64,000 bases of DNA, taken from assembly GCA_964016885.1 (NCBI GenBank), contig OZ024741.1:200446001-200510000 (forward strand), read 5' to 3'. Made by a program: the position numbers and the translations under genes. The DNA is from Eledone cirrhosa (taxonomy: Eukaryota). This document shows, piece after piece, positions 10,630-23,905 of this stretch (within the stretch, counting starts at the first letter, position 1; every line of letters starts with the position of its first letter). A model generated the notes under the pieces. It did not search any database and was not told the origin of the DNA. It was given only the letters and a program-made list of their open reading frames with translations.

Positions 10630-13600
10630 GGCTATTGGTGTGATCGGACGTCGTTTTGTTCGCTCCCGTAAGTCTCTTTATTTACCTTTTGTAAATTGTT
10701 GTTGTCGTGTAAGGGACATAAACCCTTGCACTTTACCCTGTGAATGGGGAAAGTATAATATTTGGGCCTTTTGGCCCAAATCTTTGAACTTTATTTAAAA
10801 TATAGATAAAAAAAAGATACATGGTGGAGCCCCCCCCCCCCCCCCCAACTTCATCTGACAGCAGTTTGCACGTTGAGGCGAATAACGCTGCCCCTCCCAC
10901 AACAAATATGAAAACCAACACCACATTAGGTAGTATCGCCAACAGCAGCATCAACAACAACAACGACACCAACAATAATGAGACCACCAACAACAGCAGC
11001 AACAACGACAACAATACCTGCAATAGTGAAAATTCAAATATCAAGAAAAACGATAACACCAATAACAGCAGCATCAACGGCAAACAAGAACAACGACAAC
11101 ACCAACAGCACCAACGACAACAACAACAGTTTCGCTGCCAAGCAAAGGCCATGCTTCAACATGGACTTGACAGAAAAGGAGACAAAGTTGGCCCAGGCAT
11201 GGAAGTTCATCAAAGAGGAGCAAACCTTGGCTAACTTAACTGTCCCGGCAGAGGCGATGGAGAGGAGAACTGAACTTCAGATGCATCTCAGCTGAGACGA
11301 AAAGAGGCACAAACTCTCCTCAAACAGATATCGAGGCAGCGCTGAGGTGCATCAGAGGAGATACAAAGCACATAGCGAGGGGTCGACAATACGGCACCAT
11401 CTCGGTCTTGTTTAAATCGGAGGCTCTCGCTTTGAAGCACACGATGACCCCTTACAAAACCAGCAACTATCTACCCCTCCCACATGGGAAAAAGAACGAT
11501 TAGAGTCTGCATTCCCAGGATTCCACCAGGACTAGGTATTTGGTGGCTCTTTAGATGCGTGATTGTGGAGGGGAGAGATGACGTCGCAATAGAGGTAACC
11601 AAAATAGGAAGAGAGGACTGGTCCGGGTTTGATCTGGAGATACTTCTCCAGATCCGCCTCCAAGTAATGGCTGAGGGCAAAAGGCCGCACTGTTTTGGTT
11701 GTGGCGAAACAACACACTTGCATGCCTTCTGCCCTCAGCTATTGTAAAATGCAAGGGGTCAAAAGTCTCCGCTGCTGCCGACGCCGGGGCCTCATCGCGA
11801 AACAACAACACCAACAACACCAGCAGAACTAACAACAACTGCAAAGACCACCAAGACCACTCAGGGGCCACTCCAAAGAAACTCTCCCGCTCCCCCTCTG
11901 TACCCCCCCCCCCCTATACACACTCCCACTTACATCTGACACAAACACAGAAACCTCTTCATCACTGAGCAAAGATGAGGAGGAACACAAAAAGTCAAAA
12001 AAAGAAAAAAGAAAACACAAGAAGAAATCTCACAAACCAACAAAAACAGCAAACAAAAAAGACCCATTCGCACCAAACACAGACACATACTACACCCCCC
12101 CCCCCGCAACAACACAAACACCATCTCCACCAACAACACTACCACTAACACAAACAACTAAAAGAAAACACACAGCAACAACTCACAACCACAACAATAT
12201 CTAACTTCGTGTTAGTGAGGAAATCGAACACAAAACTACTGAACCTCATAATACGAAGCAAAGAAATATATAGAGAGGGAGAGGCGTTTAGCACCTGCAT
12301 CTTCAAGGTGCCCCAAACACTTTTGCTGGTGCGGATGGCATTTAGCAATCATAAAACGATTAGGGAGAGCTTCCCCAACGACGTGGGAACACCCAGTGTA
12401 AAAGTATCAGGTAGGCTTTTAAAGGGGTTCCCAAAAGAAACCCCACCAATTATGGAGGTAGAACCACCCGACCTTCACAAGAGCCCGGCAGGTAAGTAAA
12501 CATTTCCTGTCTCTTTTAGCCTGCCAACATGGCCACATTAAAAGTAGAAAGTTTAAATGTTCGAGGCCTTGGATCGTCCTGGAAGCAGGGTCACTTTCTC
12601 TAGAAATGGATGTAATTGCCGTCAGCGAGACCAAGATTTCTGACACGCGCGCACTAGCCCCCATTTTTGACGACTATCAGATTTTCGCATCTGTTAGTCG
12701 GCCGGGAATGAGAGGTGGGGTGGAAGTGCTGTTTAGGAAAGGCCTGGATCTCGAGGTAATGTCGATCTCCCGGGACCCGGACGGTAAGTTGGTGGTCCTG
12801 GACGTGAACAATAGCAAAGGTGGTGCCTTTAAACTGGTGTCCGTCTACGCCCCTACCGGGGCAGGACGGCCGGATTTCTTTCGACGCCTGAAAGCCTTTT
12901 TGGGTACGTCTCGCTCTTTACTGTTAGCGGGGGACTGGAACGGCATCTTAGACGCACATTGGGACTGTGTGGGAGTATCCGATAGGAGCGGGGGGGGGGG
13001 GGGGGGTGCAAAAGCCTCAAGTACCTGATCCGGCAGTTCCAACTGTCTGACAGGTACCGACTAGATTTCCCTAATGCGCCAGTGTGGACCTGGACGTACT
13101 TAGGTTTCTAATTAGATTAGTGGATAACGATAGTATCGGGTGTCCACAATTACATACGGCCGCCTATTCAGACCACAAGTTTGTGATCTGTATGGTCGAT
13201 CTAGATAAGACGCATGGATTAGTGCCTGTGTACTGGAAGCTGAACATGTCGTTTCCGGCACGTAAGGCTTACAGGGACCGGGTCAACAATTTAGTTAAGC
13301 AAAAGTTGACGAGAGTGGGGGGTCGTCAACAACAGATGGGTGGGGGGACTCTCAAAAGAGAGATTAGAGTAATGTCGATAGGGTTTAGCAAAGAAGTAGC
13401 GTTAGAGAAAAATAGAAAGGAGGGCTGGGGGCTGATAGATTAGTTAGACGAGGCTATTTGTAGTGGCATTGCAACTGACGTGCTAGCGGCGAGAATGGCA
13501 TTAGACCATTTCTTCAATGCGAAACACGGAGGTTGCATTGTCAGAGCTATGGCACGGGCTCTGAGAAACGAGGGAACTAAAGCTGTTCGATGGGCCCGCT

Positions 13601-15842
13601 TGGCGGAGGCGCAGCGTGGTAATAAAACCACAATTCGCTCTTTGACGGACCGATACGGACACGATCTGAGCAATTCCAGGCGGATGTGTGAGGCCTTTCG
13701 CCAGTATTTTGCTCGGTTGTTCGGGAGAAGTGGTGGGTCAGAGACGGTGGCGGACTTCAGTCCCTACCTCGATGGCTTGCCGCAACTCTCGACGGCTGAC
13801 GCTGAGCGCTGCGAAGAAAGGCAGATTACTTCAGCCGAAATTCAGGATGCCCTTGTCGGCTGCATGAGGCGCAAGTCACCCAGTTTGGATGCTCTGCCCT
13901 ACGAGCTTTACGTAAATATGCCAGACGTGTTCTCCAATCTCCTTGAAGCGCTATGCTGCAACTGGCAGCAGAACGGGAGTATTCCTAGTTCTGTGAGCCG
14001 AGGCGTAGTGACGCTGATAAGGAAAGACGAGAACAAGAGGGACACATTAGATAATTTCAGGCCGATAACTCTGCTCAACACAGAGTTTGAGATTTTGGCC
14101 AAGGTGTTAGCGAAGAGGTTGGCGCTTCTCGTCAAGGATTTGCGGAGGCGCAAAATTGCGCAATCCCGACCAGGTACATACACGACAACTTCTACCTATT
14201 TCAATACATTATAGAGAGGGTAGGGTGTAAACCTGGCTTCAGTGGGGCTCTGATCAATTTAGATCAGATCAATCGAAAGCATTCGATAGGGTCGACCATC
14301 GGTACCTGGAGAATATGTATGGTTGACGGAAACGAAACTTAGCCCGGAAAAATCGGTGGGCTTGCAGCTTGCATGCCGTCCAACAGCGTCGCCGGGCGCT
14401 GGACAGACGGACCGATAAAGTTGCTTGGGATTTGGTTCGGGCCAGACCTCCAGGTGGATAAGAATTGAGATGAGCTGACGAGTAGGGTAGCCAGTCTCAC
14501 CCAGAAATGGGCTGCGACGAAGCTATCACTGAAAGGTCGCGCGGAGGTGGCGAACGCGTACATCGCGTCCGACATCTACTACCGCCTGGCCGTCGTCCCT
14601 TGCCCCCCATTTGCCCCTCGCCAACTTGGAACGGTTCCTCTTGAACTTCTTGTGGATGGGACAGGTTCCGTTGGTGAGGCGGTCCATCTACTGCCAGCAC
14701 CCTCTACGTGGAGTTGCTGGGCATGCCGTGTCTAATGATGCACAGACATACGCTGAGGCTGCGGCATCTTCAGATATTCTGCCTAAACGGTGAACAGGTG
14801 TGATCGCCGTTTGTCAGATGGGCCTTTACGCAGCACGTCTCTGTGACTGAGCTACAGTCCTGGGTTAAGAAAAGACCGAGACTGGGTGACTGGCATCTGA
14901 AATGTTGCCAGGCACTCACTGCTCTATACCAAGCGGGAAATGCGGTCAGTGGAAATTCCACTCTCGAGTTCTATAGAGGGTTAGCGGTGGGCAAGTGTGA
15001 CGACACACTCGGAGAGGCTCTGGGCGTTGACGATGTTGAACTAACCAGTCTGTCCCGGAAGACTTTCGAACCGGGGACGATGGATAATTTCCAAAAATCC
15101 CTCGATTGGCAGGACTACCGGGGGGGGGGGGGGGGGGCACTGCCGGTCTTAGATCAACTCTACAGGCACGGAAGTGCTGTCAGACGGACCTGCCCGTGAT
15201 GCACGCAGAGCGACGAAACCGTTCTGCACGCACTCGTCCAGTGTCCGTGCATTACTGACTTGTGGAGTTATGCCGAACAACTGTTGTCGCGTGTAGAACG
15301 GATCCGGCTATCGGCCGAGTCCATAGTGAAGATCGACCCACCGCCTTCTTTTGGCCAGGAAGGGCAGGCAATTTTCCTCTCTCTGGTGGCAGTGGCGAAA
15401 GAGGTTGCATGGTGGACCAGGTTGAAAGGACTAAAGACAGACGCTTTCCCCTTCGGCCAATCCCTCATCAACTTTTCCAAGTTTCACTTGGAAAGGAAGG
15501 TGACGGTGGAGAGGGAAGTGCTGCCCCCAACAGTACATTTTTTAAAGGGTGGGTGAATGTGGCGAGAATGGCCCGTGTGAATGGGCCTACTCTGATCATG
15601 GGCCTGTAGGCTGGTGAATATGAGAAGGCGAGGGGTGCCCTTCCCATGTGCCCTCGAAGACGTGTGGTTTAAGATTGGTGGGGTACATAAGTTGACCCTG
15701 GGGGATTATCGCCCTATTGGGAAATTTTTCATTGTTGTATTTTTTTTGTTATTTTGTTATTGTTATTTATATTTTTACACGCTATATATGTAAATCCCCA
15801 CTGTCCCTGTGTAGTGTATCATTCCCTATATGCCGGCCCTTG
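10630..15842 (+). mobile_element. Tx1 copy 2 (type A ORF1 10821-12499; ORF2 12529-15609, disrupted)
   Basis: Starts after (att)3. Knuckle CFGCGETTHLHAFC; APE motifs AVSET and GDWN; RT FRPITLLN; internal deletion near 14310; 3' end cut at ggcccttgt. Confidence 0.92.
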
Positions 15843-17122
15843 TCATCTGCCACCGCCTAACCGTTGTGCCTTGCCCCGGCCCAACTCTGACAAACATGGA
15901 GCGCCTCTTCTTCCGCTTTTTATGGAAGGGACGTGCTCCCATGGTCAGACGATCCATTTGCTGTCAACACCCGTTGCGTGGAGGGCTGGACATGCTGTGG
16001 CTGATGATGTGCAAACACGCGCTGAGGCTGCGACATCTCTGGTGCTTCCTTGACGGTGAGCAGGTGTGGTCGCCGTTCGCCAGACATGTTTTTCCCCAGC
16101 TCGTCTCATTAACGGAGTTGCAGTCCTGGATCAGGAAACCACCGAGGGATAGTGCTTGGAAGCTGGAATGTCTCCAAGCCCTCACAGCCTTCTACCAGCT
16201 AGGCACTAGTATCGTTGGAACATCCACCTCAGCGTTCTATAGAGGACTAGTGGAGGGCAAGAGTGACGACGTTCTCGGTGAGACCCTGGGCGTCGAAGAC
16301 GATCAGCTGTTCGCTCTCTTCAAGAGAACTTTCAGCCCAGGGCCTATGGACAACTTCCAGAAATCCCTGGCCTGGCAGTGCTACCGGGGAGCCATGCCAG
16401 TTCAAGATAAGCTCTACAGGCACGGAAGTGCCGTCAGCCAAACTTCTCCGAGATGCGCACAGACGACGAAATCGTTGTGCACGCACTCGTTCAGTGTCCG
16501 AGCATTGCTGATTTGTGGAGCTATGTCGATATTTGCTGTCACGGGTAAGACGGATCCGGTTATCGACTGAGTGCATTGTGCAGATAGCCCCGCCGTCCCC
16601 CTTTAAGGAGGAGGAAGGGCAGGCAGTTTTCATCTGCCTGGTGGCCATGGCGAAAGAGATTGTATGGTGGACAAGGTTGAAAGGATTGAAGACGAACACT
16701 TTCTTCTTCGGCGAATCCCTGATTAACTTTTACAAATTTCACTTGAAGGGGAAAATCACGGTGGAGAGACAGGTGCTGTCTCCAAATAAGTTTGTTGAAA
16801 GGTGGGTGAAAGTGGAGAGTCTGGTCCTAGTGAACGGGCCCGCTCTGAGTATGCGCCTGTAGACTGAGGAGTGGAAAACTGAGAGAGGGCGCTTGCCCTG
16901 GTGGTCAGCGTGGCCGCGGTCTTTTGTGTGGTTTTCGCCACGAGTGAGCCTCGGAAGTTTCCCCCCTATCGGGGGAAATTTTTGTTTTTTGAGATTTTTA
17001 TATTTCTATCTTGTTATATCCTTTTTTTACACGGTCAAAACCCACTTTGTATCGTCCTGTACCGTTCTGTGCCGTCTGTAATGTTTTTCTTCATGTTAGC
17101 TCTTGTGGCCAATAAAGAAACC
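15842..17122 (+). mobile_element. 5'-truncated Tx1 copy 2b (different subfamily), fused to the 3' end of copy 2
   Basis: ORF2 C-terminus VICHRLTVVPCPG...; distinct 3'UTR; ends cttgtggccaataaagaaacc followed by attattatt. Confidence 0.88.
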
Positions 17123-17147
17123 ATTATTATTAGTATTATTAGTATTA

Positions 17148-17333
17148 GGCGGTGGATTGGCAGTATCGGTAGAGGGTCGGACGCCATGCTTTGACGCATA
17201 GAGTTACGGCCCTTGCCATTCTGAGTTCGAATCCCGCCGAGGTTAACTTTGCCTTTCATCCTTACGGGGTCGATAAAATAAAGTACCAGTAATGCACTGG
17301 GTAATTGCTGGCCTTGTGCCAAAAGTAGAAACA
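17148..17333 (+). mobile_element. Full-length SINE, main family
   Basis: ggcggtggattggcagtatcgg...gagttcgaatcc...gaaaca; TSD attattagtatta at 17135-17147 and 17337-17349. Confidence 0.92.
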
Positions 17334-17352
17334 ATTATTATTAGTATTATTA

Positions 17353-17824
17353 TTCTTTGAGTCTCAGTCATTGATGTTATTTAACTGGAAAGTTTGTTGA
17401 AATGAATATCAAGCCGCTACCTGCAGCCTCAGATATTCAGGACGTATCGGAGGGTTCTTGCTGTTCCCAGCAAGCATGCCTTTTGAAGTGTTCAAAAAGC
17501 GGGGCTGGACTAATCTTCTTTAACCATCCTTGGAAACTCTTTGAGATAGCACCTAGTGCGCCTATGACAATCGGGACGACCTTGATTTCATGGCAGTTCC
17601 AAATTCTTTTTAACTCCCACTTTAAATCCTGGTATTGGTTAATTTTCTCCCAGTCCTTTTCTTGCACTCTCGTGTCAAATGGGCAGGCTACATCTACAAT
17701 CAGGCACGATCTTTTTCTAATTTCTTGTCCGTCTGTATCCTAAAATCCCATAGCACCTTCACCTGATCGTTTTCTATCACCGACTCTGGCTTATGCTCAT
17801 ACCACTTCTCAGAATGTGGTAAAT
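17353..17824 (-). mobile_element. R4/Dong-type REL-endonuclease LINE, 3' fragment
   Basis: WYEHKPESVIENDQVKVLWDFRIQTD and KINQYQDLKWELKRIW...VPIVIGALG; same 3'UTR as the copy at 49694-50424; (TAA)n tail. Confidence 0.88.
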
Positions 17825-20800
17825 CCGAAAGAATTTTGGAAATCCAGCAGCACTGTACGGTCACGTACCGTACAGTAAGCACAAAATCATGTAGGGTTGA
17901 AAGAGCCACAGAGGCTCAAATATAAAAAGCCTTAGGGTCTGTGTGGCAGCAGAAAACGCATATCACCCCACGCAAGAAATATGCCACCGTGGACGTGCTT
18001 TTTGCCACCACCCAGGAGGCAAAGGCTCAATCCTTGGTGATCCTAAGGAGAGAGGAAATGGTGTTGGTGCCCTCCTATTGCGGGCAAAAAATTGTGAGGG
18101 TCAAACTGACCCAAGTCCCCACCCACCCCCCACCCCCGGGATGGCCCCTTCTTGGCTGGCCGCGTCTGTCGTCGTCGGAATCGAGGACAAAACAACCGTA
18201 CTGCAAGTACAAAAAAAAGTACAAGAAGATTGGGTCGGCGCCTCCATTGAGATGTTAATCCAAACCAACCAGGAGTGCATCGAAGCTATCCCGGATGTGA
18301 TAGACTTCGATAACGGCACTCAACTTCCCATAAGTGTTGAGGGCAAACGCCCGAAATGCTTTCGCTGTGGGTTGAAGACTCACCTCAGGGCCTTCTGCAA
18401 TGAGAAGACCCTGAGAAAGGAGACCCCCCCTCCTTCCAAAACCGGCTCCACTGCTACCAGCAACAGGACAGGCGGCAAGCAGGAAGGATAGGTCCGTGGC
18501 ACCCATACCCACGCCACGGAAATCAAGAACAGCAACAGCAGTGGAAGTATTAACAACAACAACAGTAATACCAAATGCATCTGCAACAGAGACTCCACTG
18601 CAAACATCACCAACAAGAACAAGTGTAAGAATGGAGCTGGTAACCCTCCCCGACCTCACAGAATCGGACATGGAGTGTGTGGTGGGAGAGGGATGGCAAA
18701 AGGTCGTTAGAAGGCACAAACGCAGAAGCAGCGCATCGTCGCCTTCGAAAAGAGAGGAAAGAAATGAAAAAAGGGTAAAGGCTACTGCAAAGAGACTCAC
18801 AGCAGCAACACCACCAACATCATCACCACCCACATTAGCACCACCATCACCACCGGCGACAACCCCACCGCCAACAACAACAACACCTTCAACAACACCA
18901 CCACAAGCACCAACATCGCAAACACAACAACAAAACACACACACCCAGCAACAACAAGAAAATATCAGAACCACACCCCATCCCCAGAAAAAGAAATGCA
19001 CAGCAATAAATACACACAACAAGAAACTAATGACTCACATAATTGAACACACAGACATTTCACAGCACGACTACATAATACCAGCACCAATCAAAACACC
19101 AACGAACATAAGACTGGTAAGAATATCACAGAAACAATACACAAACATTAAAACGAAATTCCCCAACGCAGTTGGTGATTTCAGAGACCTAGGAGGGGAT
19201 ACTCAACCGGAGAGTATATTCGGATATACTCACAGAAGAGCCGACGACCAGCCGAAGGGACGATTCAACGGTCCCTTCACCAGACAATCAAGGAAAGTGA
19301 TCCTTTTTCACTTGCCCCGTTCCTCACCCAATATGGCCGTACTCAGAATAGGCAGTATAAATGCACGTGGCTTGGGATCATCTTGGAAGCAGTGTCACCT
19401 GCTCAACGACCTCAGGTCACTCAACATAGATGTGGTGGCCATCAGTGACACCAGAATCTCCGAAGCACAAGCCTTCGCACCGATCTTTGGCGGCTACAAT
19501 GTATACGCATCTCCCAGCCGTCCAGGATCGAGGGGAGGGGTCCCGTCCTTTTTCGGAGAGGCTTGCATATCGCCATATGGGCCATCTTCCTAGACCCAGA
19601 AGGTAAGTCGGTGGTGCTGGACGTGACCGGCAGCGAAGGCAGTGCTTTCAGGCTAGTAGCCGTCTACGCCCCAACAGGGGCAGGACGGCCAGATTTCTTC
19701 AGACGTCTAGAGACCTTTCTTGGAACGTCCCGCTCTTTAGTGTTAGAGGGCGATGGAACGGTATCTTGGATGCACGCTGGGATTGTGTGGGGCTAGTGGA
19801 TAGGGGAGGAGGGTGCAAGAGCCTCACCAACCTGCTCAGACGTTTTGAACTGTCTGACAGGTATCGACTGGATCACCCGAATGTGCTAATGTGGACATGG
19901 ACTAACCGCATCGGGTCATCCAGATCGTATCTCGATAGGGTATTCTGCAGAGAACTAGATAAGGCTAGTATAAGTTGTCCACAATTTAAAATAGTCGAGT
20001 ACACAGACCACAAATTTGTGATCTGTGAGATCGACATAGACAGACTTCATAGACAAGGACCCGGTTACTGGAAGCTGAACGCGTCTTTCCCGGCGCGCAA
20101 AGCCTACAGAGACCGGATTAGAGTATTAGTTAAGCGGGCCTTGACGGGAGCGGTCGTCAACAACAGGTGGTGGTTCGCCCTGAAAAGGGCAATTAAAGTA
20201 GAGTCGATTAGGTTTAGCAAAGGACTAGTGTTAGAGGAAAATAGAGTAGAGGGAGAGCTAGTCAGAAAGCTAGAGGGACGTTTAGGACAGGCATCGCAAC
20301 CGACGTGCTTGCGGCGAGATTGGCACTCGCCCAATTCTTCAACGCAAAACACGAAGGCTGCGTTGTCAGAGCTAAAGCGCGTGCTCTGAAACACGAGGGG
20401 ACAAAAGCCGTCCAATGGACCCGCGTGGCAGAAGCGCGACGTGGCAACAAAGCCATAATTCGGTCTTTGTCTGATCAAAACGGGCGCGTGTTGCTTGAAC
20501 CCGAGCAGATGTGTGAAGCTTTTTAGCAGCACTTTGTTGAACTGATCGGGAGCAGCGGCGGGCCGGATCGGGGTATGGACTTCAGTGCATACCTCGATGG
20601 ACTGCCTCGGCTCACGACGACCACAGCACAGTGTTGCGAAAAGCCAATAACAGCCAGTGAAATACGGGAAGCGATGGCTAGCTGCACGAGGGGTAAATCG
20701 CCAGGTTTGGATGGTCTTCCCTACGAGATTTATGCATTTATGCCAGACTTGTTCGGTGATCTCTTGGCAGACGTCTACTGCAAATGGCAGCAGAACGGGA

Positions 20801-22760
20801 GCATTCCTAGTTTTGTGAGCCGGGGAGCGGTGGCGCTGCTGAGAAAAGACGAGAACAAGGGGGATGTTATCGATAACTTCAGGCCCATAACCCTGCTAAA
20901 CGCAGAGTTCAAGATTTTGGCCAAGGTGCTAGCAACGAGGTTGGCGCTTGTCGTCAAGGGTCTGGTGAGAGAGGCACAGACATGCGCCATTCCGGACAGA
21001 TCCATACACGACAACCTCCACCTCATGCGATACATCATAGAGAGGGTGGTTAAGAAACCTGGCACGGGTGGGGCCCTGATCAACTTGGATCAATCCAAAG
21101 CATTCGATAGGGTCGACCATCGGTACCTGGCGGCGGTCCTCGAGGCAGCCGGTTTCGGGCCCGTTTTCAGGGGTTGGATCGCTGCGATGTACAGCGATAT
21201 CTGCTCAGTTGTGAGGGTGAACGGTCACCTGTCGCAGCCGTTCAGCATCATGCGCTCGATCCGCCAGGGTTGTCCCCTCTCGTCCATCTTGTACGTATTG
21301 GCACTCGAGCCGTTACTGCACAAACTGGGGGCGATGAGGGGCGTCCCACCCGAACTAGGATGCGGGAAATCCGAGTCGGCCTACGCCGACGACGTCATCG
21401 AGGTGGTGTGGAGCACCAGACACCTCCAGATGCTCTGCACCGCTCTTAAGGAATACGAAGCGATGACAGGAGCAAAGATAAACCAGGAAAAGTTGGTGGG
21501 CTTGCAGCTCGGCACCTGGAGAGGAAAGTCCATGCCGTCCGACAGCGTCGTGGCGCCTTGGACGGACGGGCCGGTTAAATTACTCGGGGTCTGGTTCGGA
21601 CCGGACCTCCAGATGGAGAAAAACTGGAACGAGGTGACGAGCAAGGTGGCCTCCCTTACCCAGAAATGGGCCGAGAGGAAGCTGTTCCTGAAAGGGCAGG
21701 CGGAGGTGCCGAATGCGTACATAGCATCCGTCATCTGCTACCGCCTCACCGTCGTCCCTTGCCCCGGCCCAACTCTCACCAAAATGGAGCGCCTTCTCTT
21801 CCGCTTTTTGTGGAAGGGAGGCGCTCTCATGGTCAGACGATCCATCTGCTGTCAACACCCGTTGCGTGGAGGACAGGGCATGCCATGGCTGATGATGCGC
21901 AAACATGCGCTGAGGCTGCGACATCTCTGGTGCTTCCTTGACGGTGAATAGGTGTGGTCGCCGTTCGCCAGGCACGTTTTCCCACAGCTCGTCTCCTTGA
22001 CGGAGCTGCTGTCCTGGGTCAGGAAAAGACCGAGGTATAGCGCTTGGAAACTGGAATGTCTCCAGGCGCTCACTGCCCTCTGCCAGCTGGGCATCAGTAT
22101 CGGTGGAACATCCACCTCGGCATTCTATAGATGACTAGTGGAGGGGAAGGGTGACGACGTTCTCGGAGAGATTCTGGGCGTCGAAGCGATCAGCTGTTTG
22201 CTCTCTTCCGGAGAACTTTCACCCCAGGGCCTATGGATAACTTCCAAAATCCCTGGCCTGGCAGTGCTCCCGTGGATCGTTTCCGGTTCGAGATAAGCTC
22301 TACAGGCACGGAAGTGTCGTCAGCCGAGCCTATCCGAGATGCTCGCAGAGCGACGAAACCATCGTGCACGCACTCGTTCAGTGCCCGAGCATTGCTGACT
22401 TGTGGAGCTATGTCGAACAGTTGCTGTCGCGTGTAGGATTGATCCAGTTATCGACTTAGTCCATTGTGCAGATGGTCTCGCCGTCTTCCTTCGAGGAGGA
22501 AGGGCAGGCGGTTTTCATCTGCCTGGTGACCATGGCGAAAGAGATTGTGTGGTGGACAAGGTTGAAACTGTTAAAGACAGATACTTTCCTCTTCGGCGAA
22601 TCCCTAATTAACTTTTTCAAGTTTCACTTGAAGAGGAAAATGAGCGTGGAGAGGCAAGTGCTGCTTTCTAGCAAGTTTGTTGAAAGGTGGGTGAATGTAA
22701 CGAGAATGGTCCGAGGGAACGGGACCGCTCTGAATATACGTCTGTAGTTTGAGAAATGGG
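17825..22760 (+). mobile_element. Tx1 copy 3 (5'-truncated type B ORF1; ORF2 19333-22747, disrupted)
   Basis: Knuckle CFRCGLKTHLRAFC. ORF 20575-21951 carries the RT core (FRPITLLN, LDQSKAFDRVDH, RQGCPLS, YADD). 3'UTR missing. Confidence 0.92.
20575..21951 (+). pseudogene. Longest open piece of Tx1 ORF2: reverse transcriptase domain (458 aa)
   Basis: SPGLDGLP, FRPITLLNAEFKILAK, KAFDRVDH, QGCPLS, AYADD; bounded by a premature stop on each side. Confidence 0.93.
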
Positions 22761-22836
22761 CTCCACCTGATTTTCTTAGGAACCAAATCTGTGTTTGTTT
22801 TTGAAACACGTCCCTCAAATTTCTGCGAAAATTAAT

Positions 22837-23846
22837 ATGGTCGACAAAAATGTCGTGTCCACTAAATGGAATGACGGGCTATCCATAGAGTGTAACAGCT
22901 AACAATTTGAAAACAATGACAGCAGCAACAGCAGCAGCAGGGACCATAATTTATCTCGTGAAAGCAAAGCGCTGCCAATGTTCACCACGGTGAATACTGC
23001 CACCCCCACTACAAGACAGTAGGCGCGACCAACACCACTCCCACTACTGAAACAACGGAAAAGAAAGACAAAATTAAAACGAACACACATGACAGCGACA
23101 ACATAAATGATAACAACATGAACAACAATAACAACAAGACAACCACCACCACCACCACCACCACCACCACTACTACAGACATCACTAAGAACGACACCAT
23201 CGCTAACAAAAGCAGCAGCAGCTGTAACGGTGGCAGCGGCGACAGCATTAGCGGCAACAACAACAAAACCGACGGCAGCAACAGCAGCAGCAACAACAAT
23301 GACACCACCACCACCACCACTAAAAACAACAACAACAACAACGTGAACATGGACAACACTACCAGCAGCAATAACAACGTAAACAACAATATTACCTTTG
23401 CAGCCACAGCTGCAAAATCTCAAATCTATAATAATTTTGATTTAACTGAGAAGAAAGAACGTTTGAACCTCCCGGCAGAGTTGATGGCAGCAAAGGAGGG
23501 GAGAACGCTCAAATATAGATGATTTCACTAAAATCTCGAAAAGCTGAGGCATCCACAGAAGGAAAGGTTTTTGGCGGCACAGAAATACATCAATAATGAG
23601 GATATAGACTATATAACAAGGACCAAACAATTTGGGAGCATCTTGGTGCTCTTCAAAACTGAGGCCCTTGCTATAAAGCATTCTGTGGTCCCCTGTAAAA
23701 CGGGCAAATTATTATGTACCCTTGCAACACGGGGAGGAGGACAGTAAGGGTCCTTGTTCCCAAGATTCTGTCGGAATTAGATTTATGGTGGCTCCTGGTA
23801 TGTGTGGCTGTAGAGGGCCCTGACACTCTCCTCGACGTTAAATTCA

Positions 23847-23905
<59 letters not shown>

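Noticed and set aside
17148-17240. Possible tRNA genes at SINE heads (also 62273)
   Set aside because: A and B boxes are present but there is no convincing cloverleaf, and they continue into SINE core and tail with TSDs.
18255-19022. Long antisense ORFs opposite Tx1 ORF1/ORF2 (also 33558, 35078, 47674)
   Set aside because: Shadow frames of coding or low-complexity sequence; no independent motifs.
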